Source: the human T2T-CHM13v2.0 reference genome, Homo sapiens. From it: DNA of 64,000 nt. The position numbers and the translations under genes are program-made. The stretch is from the NCBI RefSeq assembly GCF_009914755.1, contig NC_060943.1; one strand, given 5' to 3'. Below are positions 1 through 25,549 of the stretch, one piece after another. The notes under the pieces were generated by a model, which worked only from the letters and a program-made list of their open reading frames with translations, did not search any database and was not told where the DNA came from. Numbering within the stretch: the stretch's first letter is position 1; every line of letters starts with the position of its first letter.

Positions 1-3000
1 TGAGATAATCATGTGGGTTCTTTTTTTTTTTTTTTAGATCTGCTTATATGATGAATTACATTTTTTTTTTTTTAGATCTGCTTATATGATGAATTACATT
101 TATTGATTTGCATATGTTGAACCAGACTTGCATCTTGGGAATGAAGCCAACTTGATCATGGTGGATGAGCTTTTTGATGTGCTGGTGTATTCAGTTTGCA
201 AGTATTTTATTGATAATTTCTGCATTGATGTTAATTAGTGACAATATCCTGAAGTTTTCATTTTTTGTTGTATCTCTGCCAGGTTTTTGTATCAGGATGA
301 TGCTGGCCTCATACAATGTGTTAGGGAGAAGTCCCTCCTTTTTAATTTTTTGGAATAGTGCATAAGAAAGGGTATCAACACCTTTTTGTAGTTCTGGTAG
401 AATTCAGCTGTAAATTCATCTGGTCCTGGGCTTTTTCTTGTTGGTAGGCTATTATTGCTCCAATTTCAGAATTTGTTATTGGTCTATTCAGGGATTCAAC
501 TTCTTTCTGGTTCAGTCTGAGGAGGGTGTATTTGTTCAGGAGTTTATCCATTTCTTCTAGGTTTTCTAGTTTATTTGCATAGAGGTGTTTATAGTATTAT
601 CTGATGGTTATTTGTATTTCTGCAGGGTAAGTGGTGGTATCCCCCTTCTCATTTCTGATTATGTTTATTTGAATCTTCTCTCTTCTCTTATTTAGTAGTT
701 TAGCTAGCAATCTATCTATTTTATTGATTTTTTTTCAATAAATCTGCTTCTGAATTCATTAATTTTTTGAGTAATTTTTAATGTTTCTATCTTTCATAGT
801 TCCACTCTGAGCTTGGTTATTTCTTCTGCTAGCTCTGGGGTTTGTTTGCTCTTGGTTCTCTAGTTCTTTTAGCTGTGATGTTAGGATTTCAATTTGAGAT
901 CTTTCTAGCTTTTTGATATGGGCATTTAGTGCTATAAATTTTCCTCTTAAACTGCTTTACCTGTGTCCCAGAGATTCTGGTATGTTGTATCTTTGTTCTC
1001 ATTAGTTTCAGAATTTTTTTAATTTCTGCCTTAATCTCATTATATACCCAGAAGTCATTCAGGAGCAATTTGTTCAATTTCCTTGTAGTTGTGTGGTTTT
1101 AAGTGAGTTTTTAAATCTTGAGTTCTAATTCGATTGCACTGTGGTCTGAGAGACTGTTATGATTTTAGTTATTTTGCATTTTCTAAGGAGTGTTTCACTT
1201 CTAATTATGTAGTATATTTTAGAGTGAGTGCCATGTGGCACCAAGAAAAATGTATATTATGTTGTTTTTGTGGGGAGAGTTCTGTAGATATCTATCAGGT
1301 TCACTTGATCCAGAGCTGAGTTCAAGTCCTGATTATCTTTGTTCATTTTCTGTCTCAATGAACTGTCTAATATTGACACTGGGGTATTAAAGTCTCCCAC
1401 TATTTGGCCAGGCGTGGTGGCTCACAAGTGCTGTAATCCCAGCACTTTGGGAGGCCGAGGCAGGTGGATCACAAGGTCAGGAGATTGAGACCATCCTGGC
1501 TAACATGGTGAAACCCCATCTCTACTAAAAAAAAAAAAAAAAAAAATACAAAAAATTAGCCAGGCATGGTGGCGGGTGCCTGTACTCCTAGCTACTCAGG
1601 AGGCTAAGGCAGGAGAATGGTGTGAATCTGGGAGGTGGAACTTGCAGTGAGCTGAGATCGCGCCATTGCACTCCAGCCTGGGTGACAGAGTGAGACTCTG
1701 TCTCAAAAAAAATAAATAAATAATAAAGTCTCCCATTATTATTGTGGGGGAGTCTAAGTCTCTTTGTAGGTTTTTGAGAACTTGTTTTATGAATCTGCGT
1801 GCTTCTGTAATGGTTGCATATATATTTAGGATAGTTGGCACTTTGTGTTGAATTGAACCATATTCTGTTATGTAATGATCTTTTTTTTACCTTTGTTGGT
1901 TTAAAGTCTATTTTGTCAGAAACAAGGATTGCATCTCCTCCTTTTTTCTGCTTTCCATTTGCTTGGTAAATTCTTTTCCATCCCTTTATTTTGAACCTAT
2001 GTGTTCTCTGCACATGAAATGTGTCTCTTGAATACAGCACAGTGATGAGTCTTGTCTTTTTATCCAGCTTGCCATTCTGTGTCTTTTAACTGGGGCATTT
2101 AGCTCATTTACATTTAAAGTTAATATTGTTATATGTGAATTTGATCCTGTCATCATGATGCTGGCTGGTTAATTTTGCAGACTTGTTAATGTAGTTGCTT
2201 CAGTGTTATTGGTCTGTGTACTTCAATGTCTTTTTATGGTGGGTGGTAACGGATTTCCTTTCCATGTTTAGTGCTTCCTTCAAGAGTTTTTGCAAGGCAG
2301 GATGAAATCCTTGGTCATTAGCTTGTCTGCAAAGGATTTTATTTCTTCTTTACTTATGAAGCTTAGTTTGGCCAGATATGTATTCTGGGTTGAAAATTCT
2401 TTTCATTAAGAATGTTGAATATTGGTCCCCAATCTCTTCTGGCTTGTAGGGTTTCCACTGAGAGGTTTGCTGTTAGTCTGATGAGCTTCCCTTTGTTGGT
2501 GACCTGGTCTTTCTCTCTGGCTGCCCTTAACTTTTTTTTTTTATTTCAACCTTGGAGAATCTGATGATTATGTTTTTGGGGTGGATGGTTCATGGAGTAT
2601 CTTATTAGGGTTCTCTGGATTTTCTGGATTTGAATGTTGGCCTGTCTTGCCAGGTTGGGGAAGTTCTCCTGGATGATCTCCTGAAGTGTGTTTTCCAACT
2701 TGGTTCCATTCTCCCCATCTCTTTTAGGTATGCCAGTCATTTGCAGGTTTGGTCTTTTTACATAGTTCCATAGTTCTCAGAGTTTTTGTTCATTCCTCTT
2801 TATTTTTTTCCCTCTAATCTTGTCTGCTTGCCTTATTGCAGCAAGATAGTCTTCGAGTGCTCACAGTCTTTCTTTCTCTTGGTCAATTCAGCTATTGATA
2901 CTTGTGTTTGCATCATGCAGTTCTCATGCTCTGTTTTTCAGCTCCATTGGATCATTTATGTTTCTTTTTAAACTGGTTATCTAGTTAACAACTCCTGTAA

Positions 3001-4593
3001 TCTTTTATTATGGTCCTTAGCTTCTTTGAATTGGGTTACAACATAATCCTTTAGCTCAGTGAAGTTCATTATTGCTTACTCACCTCCTGAAGCCTACTTT
3101 TGTCAGTTCATTTATCTGAGCTTCAGCCGAGTTCTGTGTCCTTGCTGGAGAGGTTTTTTTGCGATCTATTGGAGAAGACGCATTCTGGCTTTTGGAATTG
3201 TAAGCATATTTGCATTGGTTTTTCCTCATCTTTGTGGATTTATCTACCTTTGAGATTTGAATGAGGTTTTTTGTGGTCGTCTTGATGTTGCTGCTTTTTT
3301 CTCTCTTTTTTAACAGTCTTCTCTTCTGCAGGTCTGCTGCAGTTTGCTGGGGGTCAGTCCACTCCAGATGCTGTTCACCTGGGTATCACCAGTGAAGGCT
3401 GCGGAACAGCAAAGATTGCCACCTGCTCCTTCCTCTGGAAGCTTCTTCCCCTGGAAGCTTCTTCCCACAGGGACACTGACCTGATGCCAGCCTGAACTCT
3501 CCTGTATGAGGTGTCGGGAACCCCTGTTGGGAGGTCTCACCCAGTCAGGAGGCACAGATTCAGGAACTGATTTAAAGAAGCAGATTGGATGCTCCTCACT
3601 GGTGTCAGTGTATTGTGCTGTGGGGAATCTCCCTCGTCCAGATCATCGGACACTTCAGAGCCAGCAGGCAGAAAAGATTATACCCACTGAACCTTAGATT
3701 ATGACCGCCCCTCCCCCAGGTGCTCTGACCCAGAGAGATGAAAGTTCTGTCTGTAAACTTACAGCTGAAGTTCCTGGAATTTGTCCAGGGAGACTCTGCC
3801 CAGTAAGGACAGATGTATCCGTTTCCCACTTAAAGAAGCAGTCTGGCCATGATCTGCCACAGCCACTGTGGCTGTGCTCTGGGGACTTTCGCCCAGTCCA
3901 AACCTCAGTCTGTCTACCACTGGCAGAGGAAAACTACCAACTAGAGTCACAGTTACGGCAGTCACCTGTCTCTTCAAAATAAACTTGGTTGCATTATGCA
4001 TACTTCAGGCTGCTTTGCTGGCCAGCAGGCATTCCAATCCAGTGGTCTTACCTTGTGGTATTCAATGGGAGTGGGATCTGCTGAGTGAGACCGCTTGGCA
4101 CACTGGCTTTAGTCCCCTTCCCACATAAGTGAATGAATCTCCTGCCTCATGAGTTCTGGAAGCCACTGGAGTTTGCAAAAATTCCTGCAACTAAGTGCCT
4201 GCCTGAATGGCCGCTGACCTTAGCAGCTGCCACAGGTCCACACAGCTTTGTGCTTGGAATGCAAGGGCCTGTTAGTGTGGGAGCAAAAGGGACTCTCCTA
4301 AACCACAAATTGCAAAAATCCATAGGAAAAGTGTAGTTTTTCACCTGGGTAACATAATCTCTCACTGCGTTTCTCGGCTGGGGGAGGGAGTTCCCTTTCA
4401 CCCTGTGCAGGTCCTGGGTGAACTGTGGCCCCACCCTGCTTTTTCTTGTTCTCTGTGGTCACACCAACTGCCTAGTCAGTTCCAGTGAGAGAATCTAGGT
4501 ACTTCAGTTAGAAATGCCGAATTCACCTGCTGTTTAAATTCGGTGGGAGTTGCAGACCGGAGCTGTTTCTACTTGGCCATCTGGGCCCTTCCC
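1..4593 (-). mobile_element. L1 (older L1PA, about L1PA8-13): 5'UTR, ORF1 and 5' part of ORF2, inactivated; continues off the left edge
   Basis: 5' end reads GGGAAGGGCCCAGATGGCCAAGTAGAAACAGCTCC on minus. ORF1 fragment GENGTKLENTLQEIIQENFPNLARQANIQIQ. ORF2 ATGACAGGATCA starts at 2153. Multiple stops and frameshifts. Confidence 0.9.
1406..1723 (+). mobile_element. Alu (Y/Sc-like) inserted in L1 ORF2
   Basis: Full dimer. TSD taaagtctccca(c/t)tatt at 1388-1404 and 1724-1740. Confidence 0.93.
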
Positions 4594-5304
4594 AATATAA
4601 CACATTATTATTAACTATAGACACCATGCTGTACAATATATCTCTTGAATGTATTCCTCCTATCCAACTATAATTATGTATTGTCTGACAGACATCTTCC
4701 CAAACACCCCTTTCTTTTAAATTCCTTGGGATCTGGTGGTCACCATTTTACTCTCTGCTTCAATGAAATTAAGTTTTATAGAATCCATGTGTAGGCGAAA
4801 GTATGAAATTTTAATCTTTCTGTGCCTGGCTTATTTCAAGAAATATAATGTTCTCCAAGTTAATCCATGTAATTGAACATAATAGAATTTTCTTTTTTAA
4901 AAATAAATAGTATTTTATTGTGTGTATATACCATACTGTCTTTATTTACTCATTAGATGTTGAACTGTTGCTTCTATATTTTGGCTGTTGTGAAGAGTGT
5001 TGCAAACAACAGAGAGGTGCAAATGTTTCTTCATTCTCACTTTATTTCTCTTAAATATATATGCAATAGTGAAATTGCTGTATTATAGGGTAGTTTGATT
5101 TTAAATTTTTTGAGAAATCTCTACTTTGTTTTTCTTAATGGCTGGCCTCATTTACATTCACATCAACAGTGTGCAAGCATTCTCTTCACATATTTATCTT
5201 TTTTTTTTCTTTTTCTTTCTAATAGGAGTCATTCTAATAAGAGCGAGTTGATATATTATAGATTTTTTGGCTCTCCTCTCCCTGATAATAATTGACATTG
5301 AGGG

Positions 5305-5645
<341 letters not shown>

Positions 5646-6221
5646 TAAAAAATATTTAAGCCCTTTGCTCATTTTAGTAGTTATTTGTTTTTTGTTGTAT
5701 AGTCATTTGAGTTTCTTACATATTCTTAATATTAACCCCTTGTCAAATGTATAAATTGCAAAAAAAAATTTTAGTTTTCTCATTTTAAGTGTGTCAGATT
5801 CTGCACAGCAGCTTTATAATTTGAACTAATCTTACTCATCTATTTTTTATTTTGTTCCCTGGGATTTTGAGTTTAAATCAAAAAAAGTTACAGCCCAGAC
5901 TGATGTTATGGGGCTTTCAGTCTATATTTTTTGTAGTAGTCTCAGAGTTTCAGGCCTTGCATTTAAGAATTTATTTGATTTTTATATATGAAGTAAGATG
6001 AGGGTTGCATTTTATTGCTCTGCATGTTGCTATTAAGTTTTTCTCAGCGCCATTTATTGAAGATACTGTTCTTTTTCTAAGAAATTGTTACCTTTATCTA
6101 AAATCAGTTAGCTGGAAGTACACAGATATATTTCTAATTTCCCTTTTCTGCTCCATTGGCCTATGTGTCTGTTTTTTGTTCAAGTACCATACTGTTTTAT
6201 TTGCTTTAGCTTTGTAGTATA

Positions 6222-6322
6222 TTTCTTTTTTTCTTATTATTATTATATTTTAAGTTTTAGGGTACATGTGCACAATGTGCAGGTTAGTTACATATGTATA
6301 CATGTGCCATGCTGGTGTGCTG
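6222..6322 (-). mobile_element. ~100-bp 5'-truncated young L1PA 3' end
   Basis: L1PA 3' terminus gggtacatgtgcacaatgtgcaggttagttacat. TSD gctttg(t/c)agtata at 6209-6221 and 6323-6335. Confidence 0.85.
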
Positions 6323-6931
6323 GCTTTGCAGTATACTTCAAAGTCAGATAGGGTGATAACTTCTGTCTTTCTTATTTGCTGGAGTTCTTTGACTATTCAG
6401 AGTCTTTTGTGGTACCATAAAATTTTAAATTTTTTAAAATTTTCTATTAAATATGTCACCAGTATTTTGATAGAGGTTGCATTGTATCTGTACATCATTT
6501 TGTGTAATAAACATATTTAACAATATTAATAACTCCAATGATGAATGAGTAATGTTTTCCATTTGCATATGATTTTATTTTAATGTTCTTTAGATTATAA
6601 TGTACAAATGTTTCAACTTTTTAGTTAAATTTATTTCAAGTTATAGTTACTACAGTTAGTGTAGATGAGATTGTTTTGCATTATAATTTCATTTTGAGAT
6701 AATTATAAGTGTATAGAAATGCTACTGACAAATTGGCACCTAATTAAACTAAAGGGCTTCTGCACAGCAAAACAAACTATTGACAAACAGACAACCTAAA
6801 GTATAAAATAAAATATTTGCAAGCTGAATACAACATAAGATTAATATATAGAATCTATAAGAAACTTAATCAGAAAAAAGCAAATGATCTAAATAGACAG
6901 TACTCAAAGAAAGATATAAAAGCTGTTAATA

Positions 6932-13160
<6,229 letters not shown>

Positions 13161-13450
13161 AAAAGCTGTTAATAAACATGCAAAAAATTGCTAAACATTC
13201 CTAATAGAGAGACATAAATCAAAATGACAATGTCATATCATCCCACATCCGTTAGATTGGCTGTTGTTAGAAAGTCAAAAAATAACAGATGTTTAAGTTA
13301 TGGAGAAAAGGAAATCTTGAAACACTGTGAAAATGCAAATTAATTCAGCCCCAATGAAAAGCAGTTTGGAGATTTCTCAAAGAACTAAGAATATAATTGC
13401 CATTTGACCCATCAGTCATATTACTGGGTATATACCCAAAGGAAAAATAA

Positions 13451-13801
<351 letters not shown>

Positions 13802-15650
13802 AAACAAAATTAAATTAGATATCCATACATCTTAAATTGGATTTTTAAAAAATGAGGTACTTACACACTGTGCAATAATATGCAGCCACAGAAAAGAATG
13901 AAATAATGTTTTTTGCAGCAGCATGAATGCAGAAGAAGACCATTACTTTAGGCAAATTAACACAGAACAGGAAAATATCAACATGTTCTCATTTATACGT
14001 GGGAGCTAATCATTGCATGTGCATGGAAACAAAGATGGAAAAAATAAACACTGGAAATTCTAAAAAAGGAGGAAGGGAGACAAACATTAAAAAACTATGT
14101 ATCAGGTATGATGTACACTACTTGGGCAATGGAATTATCAAGTCCCCAAACCTCAACATCATGCGCTATGTTACAGGTCTGCACCTGTACCCTCTGAATC
14201 TAACATAAAAATAATAGAAAGCTCTGTGATAAAATGATATGTCACATTTCTCCAGTTCTGGGTTACTAGTTGAAATTAGGAGTGAAAAACAGAATTATGA
14301 CCCCTTTCGCCATAAGGGTGAATGTTTCTATGCTCGGTCTCCCCATATTCTATAAACCAATCTCTCAGAAAGCTCTAAACATATGTCCCAAGAAGTGTTG
14401 TATTTCCAAGTGTGAAACTAAAATAAATGACTCTACATCTTTATTTTTAATGTTTTAACTGTTCACTAGACTACAGAGTTAATGTATTACCCTGCTTTAT
14501 TGGGGAAAAATGATAAGTGGTTTAATCACATTTCTTCTTTAGAATAAACCATTTATGAAAATGTGAGGCTGTGGAAATCATGCTAAATTACTGAATTGGA
14601 AAGAGAAACTGTTTTTGTAAAGAACAGCATAGAAGTTTTATAGCCATAGCCCAAATATGATGAAACAGAGTGTGGGATATTTAGGACCACACAGCTACTA
14701 AATGTTCACTTCATCACGACCCTTCTTGTGAAAAAAGGAATAACGAGTCAGCAGGTACTTTTAGAATACTTTTCTGATTCTTCTGTAGTGTTAAATTTTT
14801 TGTCTTTATTATATGCCATATAAAAGTCTTTACTTCCACAAAAGATGCCATGAGTTCAAAGTTAATATGCTCACAAATATATTCTCCCTAGAAGGGCACT
14901 ACTCTGTTTGCAGTCAAGGTGTAGCATTTTTGGCCTTTTTTTTTTTTTTTTTTTTTGCTGATATGTTTGTGTGAAATAGGCAGGAAGTAAAGCAAAGTTA
15001 ATCATAACATTTCTAGATTCTATAACTACAGCATCTGAAATCTAGCATTATGTCAACTAGAAATAATGACAATATTTCAAAGCTGAAAAAATAAATTGAT
15101 AAATACTTTATATGTTTATTTTTAATAGTTTATAAAAATTTATAGTTTCTAAATTATAGGTTAAACTAGTTGAACATGCAGATACCTAAAAGTTCTATTT
15201 GGATGATAGTATTAATATTTTAATATTTTATGATTGTGAATCACTACTGCCTTATTGGGTTAACTGTAAAGCAGTTATTTATCTTCTAAATGTAAACAGA
15301 GAAGAGGATTTTCATAATCTTAAGCATACAGATTTATTAAGATTAGCACTTTGTTTAGATTTGAATAAAATTTATAGGTTTTTAGTAATAAAAAATTTAG
15401 CAGTTTTTCTAGTAGAAATAAAACAGCAATATAAATATGTTTTTAAAAATCTGTTTAAAAGAAACTTTACATGTGTTTGTTAAATAACATTTAAAACCAC
15501 ATTGCAAGTGACTGATTAGTAATTCCAATCTTTATTTTAGTCACTGAGAAAACTTAGTATACTTTAATTATTCAATAGAAAAGAGTATTCTTATATTAGT
15601 GTTCCTGAAACTTTCAGAAACTATAGACCACTCAATAGATGATGATGTAG

Positions 15651-15990
<340 letters not shown>

Positions 15991-16036
15991 TCATCCTAGC
16001 TTTTAATATAAACATTCAAAAGTAAAATTAATGGCC

Positions 16037-16323
<287 letters not shown>

Positions 16324-16324
16324 C

Positions 16325-16668
<344 letters not shown>

Positions 16669-17136
16669 AATTAGTGTCTCTTTTAAGTCACGAAAGGGAT
16701 AACATTGTTAGAATCCATTTACCAAAGTATTTGTGTTAGGCTTAGTAACAAGAACTCTAAACCAAATATCAGGGTCTACATACTATCTAAGGGTGAAAAA
16801 AAAAAACCCTTGTTTTAAAATTTCTCTTTATTTCTACGAAGTTAGAAAATTCAAAGCTAAAAATCTTATGTCAGGAATAAAAACAAGTATTGGGTGAGAG
16901 GGTGTTGGGCCTAATGGTGAAGATTGAAACTCATTATCAGGGAGTTCCTGATTGTATCTCACTGATACAAAGTGAAGAAGGTACTGAAATAGCGAAAAAC
17001 AGTGATATAAATTGAGTACTTACATATAAAATACAATTTTTAATAAAAAGTAGCATTTAATGTACAGCTATAGATGAGAACTTTTGGTCAAATATTACCT
17101 GCCTTCAATAGAAATAAAAAAAATTATTTTGTATGT

Positions 17137-17464
17137 ATTTTCTTTTTTTCTTTTTTCTTTTTTTCTTTTTTTTTTTTTTTTTTTGAGACGGAGTCTCACT
17201 TTGTCACCCCGGCTGGAGTGCAGTGGCAATCTCGGCTCACTGCAACCTCCGCCACCTGAGTTCAATCGATTCTCCCATCTCAGCTGCACAAGTAGCTGGG
17301 ACTACAGGTGCATGCCACAGCCCAGCTAACTTTTGTATTTTTTAGTAGAGACGGGGTTTCACCATGTTGGCCAGGCTGGTCTCAAGCTCCTGACCTTAAG
17401 TGATCCTCCCTTCTCAGCCTCCCAAAGTATTGAGATTATATTCTTGAGCCACCGCCCTCGGCCA
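17137..17464 (-). mobile_element. AluS
   Basis: Dimer with long T-rich tail. Confidence 0.88.
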
Positions 17465-17775
17465 TAAAAAAAATTCTTTATTTTACCACAAGCATTTTAT
17501 TATTGATGCATATGCTTATTTTGCTTAAAATACAGTATCTTTTGATGAAAGACTTATACTTTTCTTTCAGTGTGTTATTTATTGCTGAGAAGTGGCTGTC
17601 CGGCTAAGAAACTGCTATTCTCAGCAACAACCACATTGACTAATAGTGAATGGAAGTGATGTGTGGATAAGAAGCAAATGTGTCTTCTCTGCATCTCTTT
17701 TTTCATCCATTGGCTGAAGAACGAGAAAGATGTAGAGAGAAAATGAAAGAAGATGTAATTCCTAAAAAATGATGA

Positions 17776-18103
<328 letters not shown>

Positions 18104-18142
18104 CTTTGAAGTCCTCTTAACAACAACAAAAACTTACACAGG

Positions 18143-18440
<298 letters not shown>

Positions 18441-18594
18441 ACTCACAGGAGATAGTGACATGAGTAGAAAATATACTATTTTGTGAATCATCTGAAATTG
18501 TAATATACAACCCAAACTGCTTTAACAAATATATTATTCCTTCAGTTCTGACTCATCAAGATATGATTCAATTGCCTGGTGAATCAAAGCTGAG

Positions 18595-19224
<630 letters not shown>

Positions 19225-19256
19225 ATTTTAACTTTAAAATATAAATTGTGTCTTTT

Positions 19257-19578
<322 letters not shown>

Positions 19579-19795
19579 ACTCTCTGCTCTGCTTAATCAG
19601 CGGTCACCTTATTTTCACACTTCAAAGGCATTTTAGCTGCCTGAAAAGCAGAGTTACAGTTCAAGTGCGTGTGCTGAGCTGGTCCTCAACAGTGTCAGTC
19701 TATTCAAATTCACACAGATGATCTTCTGGTAAAAATAGTGCAGTTCAACAGCATTACCACGGCAATGTGGAACACATGTAATAAAATAAAAGTTA

Positions 19796-20143
<348 letters not shown>

Positions 20144-20391
20144 TCAGTTTGAGAACAGGTAAAATCAAAATGCGCATGCTCTCTACAGAGAAATTTTCCT
20201 ACTGCAGATAGCTTTGCTTGAATTACCTGAAATACAATGTAAATGATGGGGCTTATTGAGTTGACAATATGCAGTCACCATTACAGTCGCCATGGTTGCT
20301 GCATGCTGAGGACATGGTCACTTTCTTGACTACCTCTCCTATCTCAATAATACTTGTCTTTATTTATTCCTAACTACCAACTTTGAGATAA

Positions 20392-20756
<365 letters not shown>

Positions 20757-20774
20757 TAAAATCAAACATATTTG

Positions 20775-20880
20775 AGCTAGCTTTGGGTCATTAGCTGTGT
20801 GCCCAAGAGAAATTATTTTACATCCTTGGAGCTTCAATTTTCATTACTAGTAAAACATTCTATTTTTCACAGGGCTGCTT
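20775..20880. mobile_element. MIR fragment
   Basis: tagctgtgtg...ttacatccttggagcttcaattttcatt..gtaaaa resembles the MIR core. Confidence 0.5.
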
Positions 20881-22341
20881 TAATTCACACCTGGTAGCTA
20901 CAAGTCTTTTCACTGAAAGTCTTTTTTATATATGTATATTAAATATTTAACAATAAAAATAAAATTATTCATATTTAAAGATATTCTAATTGGGTATATT
21001 TTGTCATATTTAATGTATTTATCCTTTCTAAAAAATACCAAAATAAGAATTTTATTATTTTTCCTGGAATAACATATTAAGGGTGTCTACATTGTGACTT
21101 TGCTCATTTTTGCATATGGTTTTGACTGCTGCTGTTGAATTTAGGCTGAATTTTAAACCCACTGTTGTCTAGCTTGTGTGATTTTAGTTCATTTGGGGAA
21201 CCAAATATATTAGACATGGATTGTTTGGGGTAACTTGGCTTCATTTCTACTGTCTTTCTGTTATTACATCTGAAGATTTAGAAATGACTAGGATTCAAAT
21301 AAGGTTGATTTGGAATCAGGCACAGAAAATCCCAGAAAAGACTGTGGAAAATAGTTACTTGATAGTGCCTTTCAGTGAGATTTATACATGAAACAGAGTT
21401 CAATAAAATTATTGCAAGTTTGTTAAATTTCAAATCTAATTGCCTGTAACATATTAGGCGCTTGTCTTAGTTTGTCTATGGCATCGTAGCTTGGAGAAGC
21501 TGACATTACAGAAAGGATATTGCTACATTAATAAGATTAGGAACAAATACTAATGTGCTTGTAAACATTTGCCTTAATATTCTTTAGATACATGCCACTC
21601 TGGCTCAATTCTTTTGGTACAACTGTTTATGATTCCAGAGACTCCTTTCCACCAAATTCAAGTCACGGTGTTTTCAGCTTCTTATGTTTATTTTTACCCA
21701 GTAATCTTCATAGTTGACATTATGATGTTGGAATCCCCCAGGCAATCCCTGAGCCTTACAGCGACCATCCTACCTTATCCGTCTTGTTTCACATTCTCTG
21801 TTGTTGAGTCCCTCTCACCCCATATTGGAGCTTTAATGAGGCCTCAATGGTTTGGAGGAAACAGTGGAATGGATTGCCATATATGTTGAGTTGAGAACAA
21901 GGGTCCTCTTGAGGATAAACACTTTACATTTATTATTCATAGTACAAAGCAGTATTTTTAAGATGTGAACATGTTTCACTCAAATTAAATATGAATGATT
22001 TATCAGTATGACAATATAGTAAAATTAACTGCATCAAGTTCACCAAATGTTTCGCTTTGGACTCTCCAAACACAAAGATTCATATGTATGCATTGGTGGA
22101 TGTTAGCTTTTTTTGGTGTAAGTTTTTGTTTGTTTTCATTTTTAAAGATTTTTGCCTACTTTATAGCTCATGTTAAGCTACAGAAAGCTTACCAAAAGCT
22201 TTATTTTATCAATTTTTTTAACCAAATGTTTAAATATTGAAAGTGACATTTTGGATTACTACTTTTCACTGATGTAGTTTGCATTTATTAGTACATTTCA
22301 GTTTTTCCTTATGTGGTGTAAGGTTTTAAAAATTCCTTCCA

Positions 22342-22866
<525 letters not shown>

Positions 22867-23241
22867 TTATTGATATGCCACCTTTAGAGGTACTGGAAGC
22901 AACTGATAAATGTGCTGAAATCTGCATTTATTTATAGGCTCATTAGAGGCTAAGTCATAGCAACATATGTTAGTTCCATTCAATTTTTTTTTGTCTAAAT
23001 TTTGTCGAGCCACATCCATCTGTATATATAACTCTATCTTGGTAACAGCTTTTTTATTCTAAGCCAGAACTTGTTTTAACTGGTGGCTTCATTTTAAATG
23101 TGTCAGCTGTATTATAACACATTCGAATAAGTAATAGAAATTTTATTCAAAAAATATGGATAGAAAAGTCATACAGGTACACTGAAAATAAATTGGAATC
23201 TAGCACGTGACACTAATTAACAGGTGGAGCATATTAGACTA

Positions 23242-23628
<387 letters not shown>

Positions 23629-24103
23629 TTATAAAATTGATTTGTTTACCCATCATCAATCAATATCAATTTAAACTAGAAAATTTTAAACACATCATAC
23701 AAAAAATATAATTACTCAACTATCCCCTGACTTAATCTGATTAAAGCAAGACTTCTGGATATTTCAAAATGCTAAATTATTGGTGAAAAATATTCATCTT
23801 GAACAGCTCTTTTATATATATATTACTACTAAGTAAAACCTAATACTGATAGGTATGATTTATGAAATGTTTGTGAATGTCTATCACAGTAGTCAGAAAA
23901 TCAAAAAATTATTTTAATCTGCTGTCTAAATAATTTTGATTTAAATATTTGGTATTTTAATTGAGTGGCAGCATATATGTGTGTGTATATATATATATAC
24001 ACTAATCACCATTTCTTTACTATTTTGCCATTTTATAAAATAAGCCTGAATTTGTGGAGACATTTTTTTAAAATCCTATCTTTTATTAAAAAAAAAAAAT
24101 TTA

Positions 24104-24403
24104 GGCCAGGAGCGGTGGCTCATGCCTGTAATCCCAGCACTTTGGGAGGCTGAGGCAGGTAGATCACCTGAGGTCAGGAGTTTGAGACCAGCCTGACTAA
24201 CCTGGTGAAACCCAGTGTCTACTAAATACAAAAAATTAGTGGGCATGGTGGTGCATGCCTGTAATCCCAGCTACTAGGGTGGCTGAGGCAGGAGAATCAC
24301 TTGAACCTGGGGAAGCGGAGGTTGCAGTGAGCCAATATTGCACCATTGCACTCCAGCCTAGGCAACAAGAGCGAAGCTCCATCTCAAGAAAAAAAAAAAA
24401 AAA
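24104..24403 (+). mobile_element. AluSq/Sp-like
   Basis: Dimer with polyA. Confidence 0.88.
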
Positions 24404-24756
24404 GACTCAGACATCAAAAAGTAAATATACTAAAGTCATAATATTACATAGTTTGCTAAACCCTACAGTAATTTGTAAAGTTTGTTTATGCATACCAATC
24501 TTAGATTATCTAAAACATAATAAAGTTTCTTTTTTATGTTATATTAAACATACAAAAGTCCAAAATATATCCAGACACACAAGAGCTGTGGCTGGCATTT
24601 TAAGAAACAAATAATTTAGCACTATACACTGTTCTGTATATATACAGATGAAAAACAAAACCTTGAAGTTTTCAAATCATAAACAGAAATATTATTTGTG
24701 AGTCTGAACCTCAAATATATAATACTAATACATACAGTTTACTCTGGCTCTAATAC

Positions 24757-25117
24757 TTAGACCCTTTTTATCTATGGGTTTCACCTTCATGGAATCAGCC
24801 AACCATGTCTGGAAAATATTTGGGAAGAAATTCCCACAAAGTACCCAAAAGCAAAACTTAAAACCTCACCAAGTACTATGTTGCACTTATGCTAATGAAG
24901 TAATGCATAGGTATTATATTAGGTATTATAAATTAATATTAGGTATTATAAATAATTTAGAGATAATTTAAAGTATATAGTCGGATGTACATAGGTTATG
25001 TGCAAGCACTACACTATTTTATATCAGAAACTTGAGACTCCTTGGATTTTGGTATCCACGGAGGAGAGTAGGGTTGGTCCTGAAACCAATCCCCCTTGAA
25101 TACCAAGGGGCGACTGT
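24757..25117. mobile_element. Tigger3/MER7-type non-autonomous DNA transposon
   Basis: ggtattataaataatttagagataatttaaagtata...ggattttggtatccacgg...ccaatccccc...ggcgactg-ta terminus. Confidence 0.75.
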
Positions 25118-25257
25118 ACTTCTAGACATCCATGTAATAATACGTCTCTGTTGGCATGATGTAAGGATCCAGTGGGATCATTTAGGTTAAGTAAGCACTG
25201 GGCCTGGCACATGAGAAGTCTTCACTACATGTTACCTACGGCTTCATGGCTTCCTTC

Positions 25258-25549
25258 TTTTTTTTTTTTTTTTTGAGACAATGTCTTGCTCTATCGCCCA
25301 GACTGGAGTGCAGTGGTGTGATCTCAGCTTACTGCAACCTCTGCCTCCCAGGCTCAAGCAATTCTTGTGCCTCACCCTCTTGAGTAGCTGGGACTACAGG
25401 GGTGCATGCCTGGCTAATTTTTGTATTTTTAGTAGAGATGGTGTTTTGCTATGTTGGCCAGGCTGGTTTTGAACTCCTGACCTCAAGTGGCTGCTTGCCT
25501 TGGCCTCCCAAAGTACTGGGATTGCAAAAGTGAGCCATTGTGCCCGGCC
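25258..25549 (-). mobile_element. Alu (older S/J)
   Basis: Dimer with T-tail. Confidence 0.85.

Noticed and set aside
6700-6760. Minus-to-plus L1 junction resembling a twin-priming inversion
   Set aside because: The paralogous arm has ~3 kb (36960-39965) between the two pieces. It is a deletion joining two different old L1s.
21560-21920. Possible pseudogene or exon in unique sequence (ORF 21614-21889); also 17590-17770 and 22850-22890
   Set aside because: Translations match no protein family I recognise. A BLASTX search would be needed.
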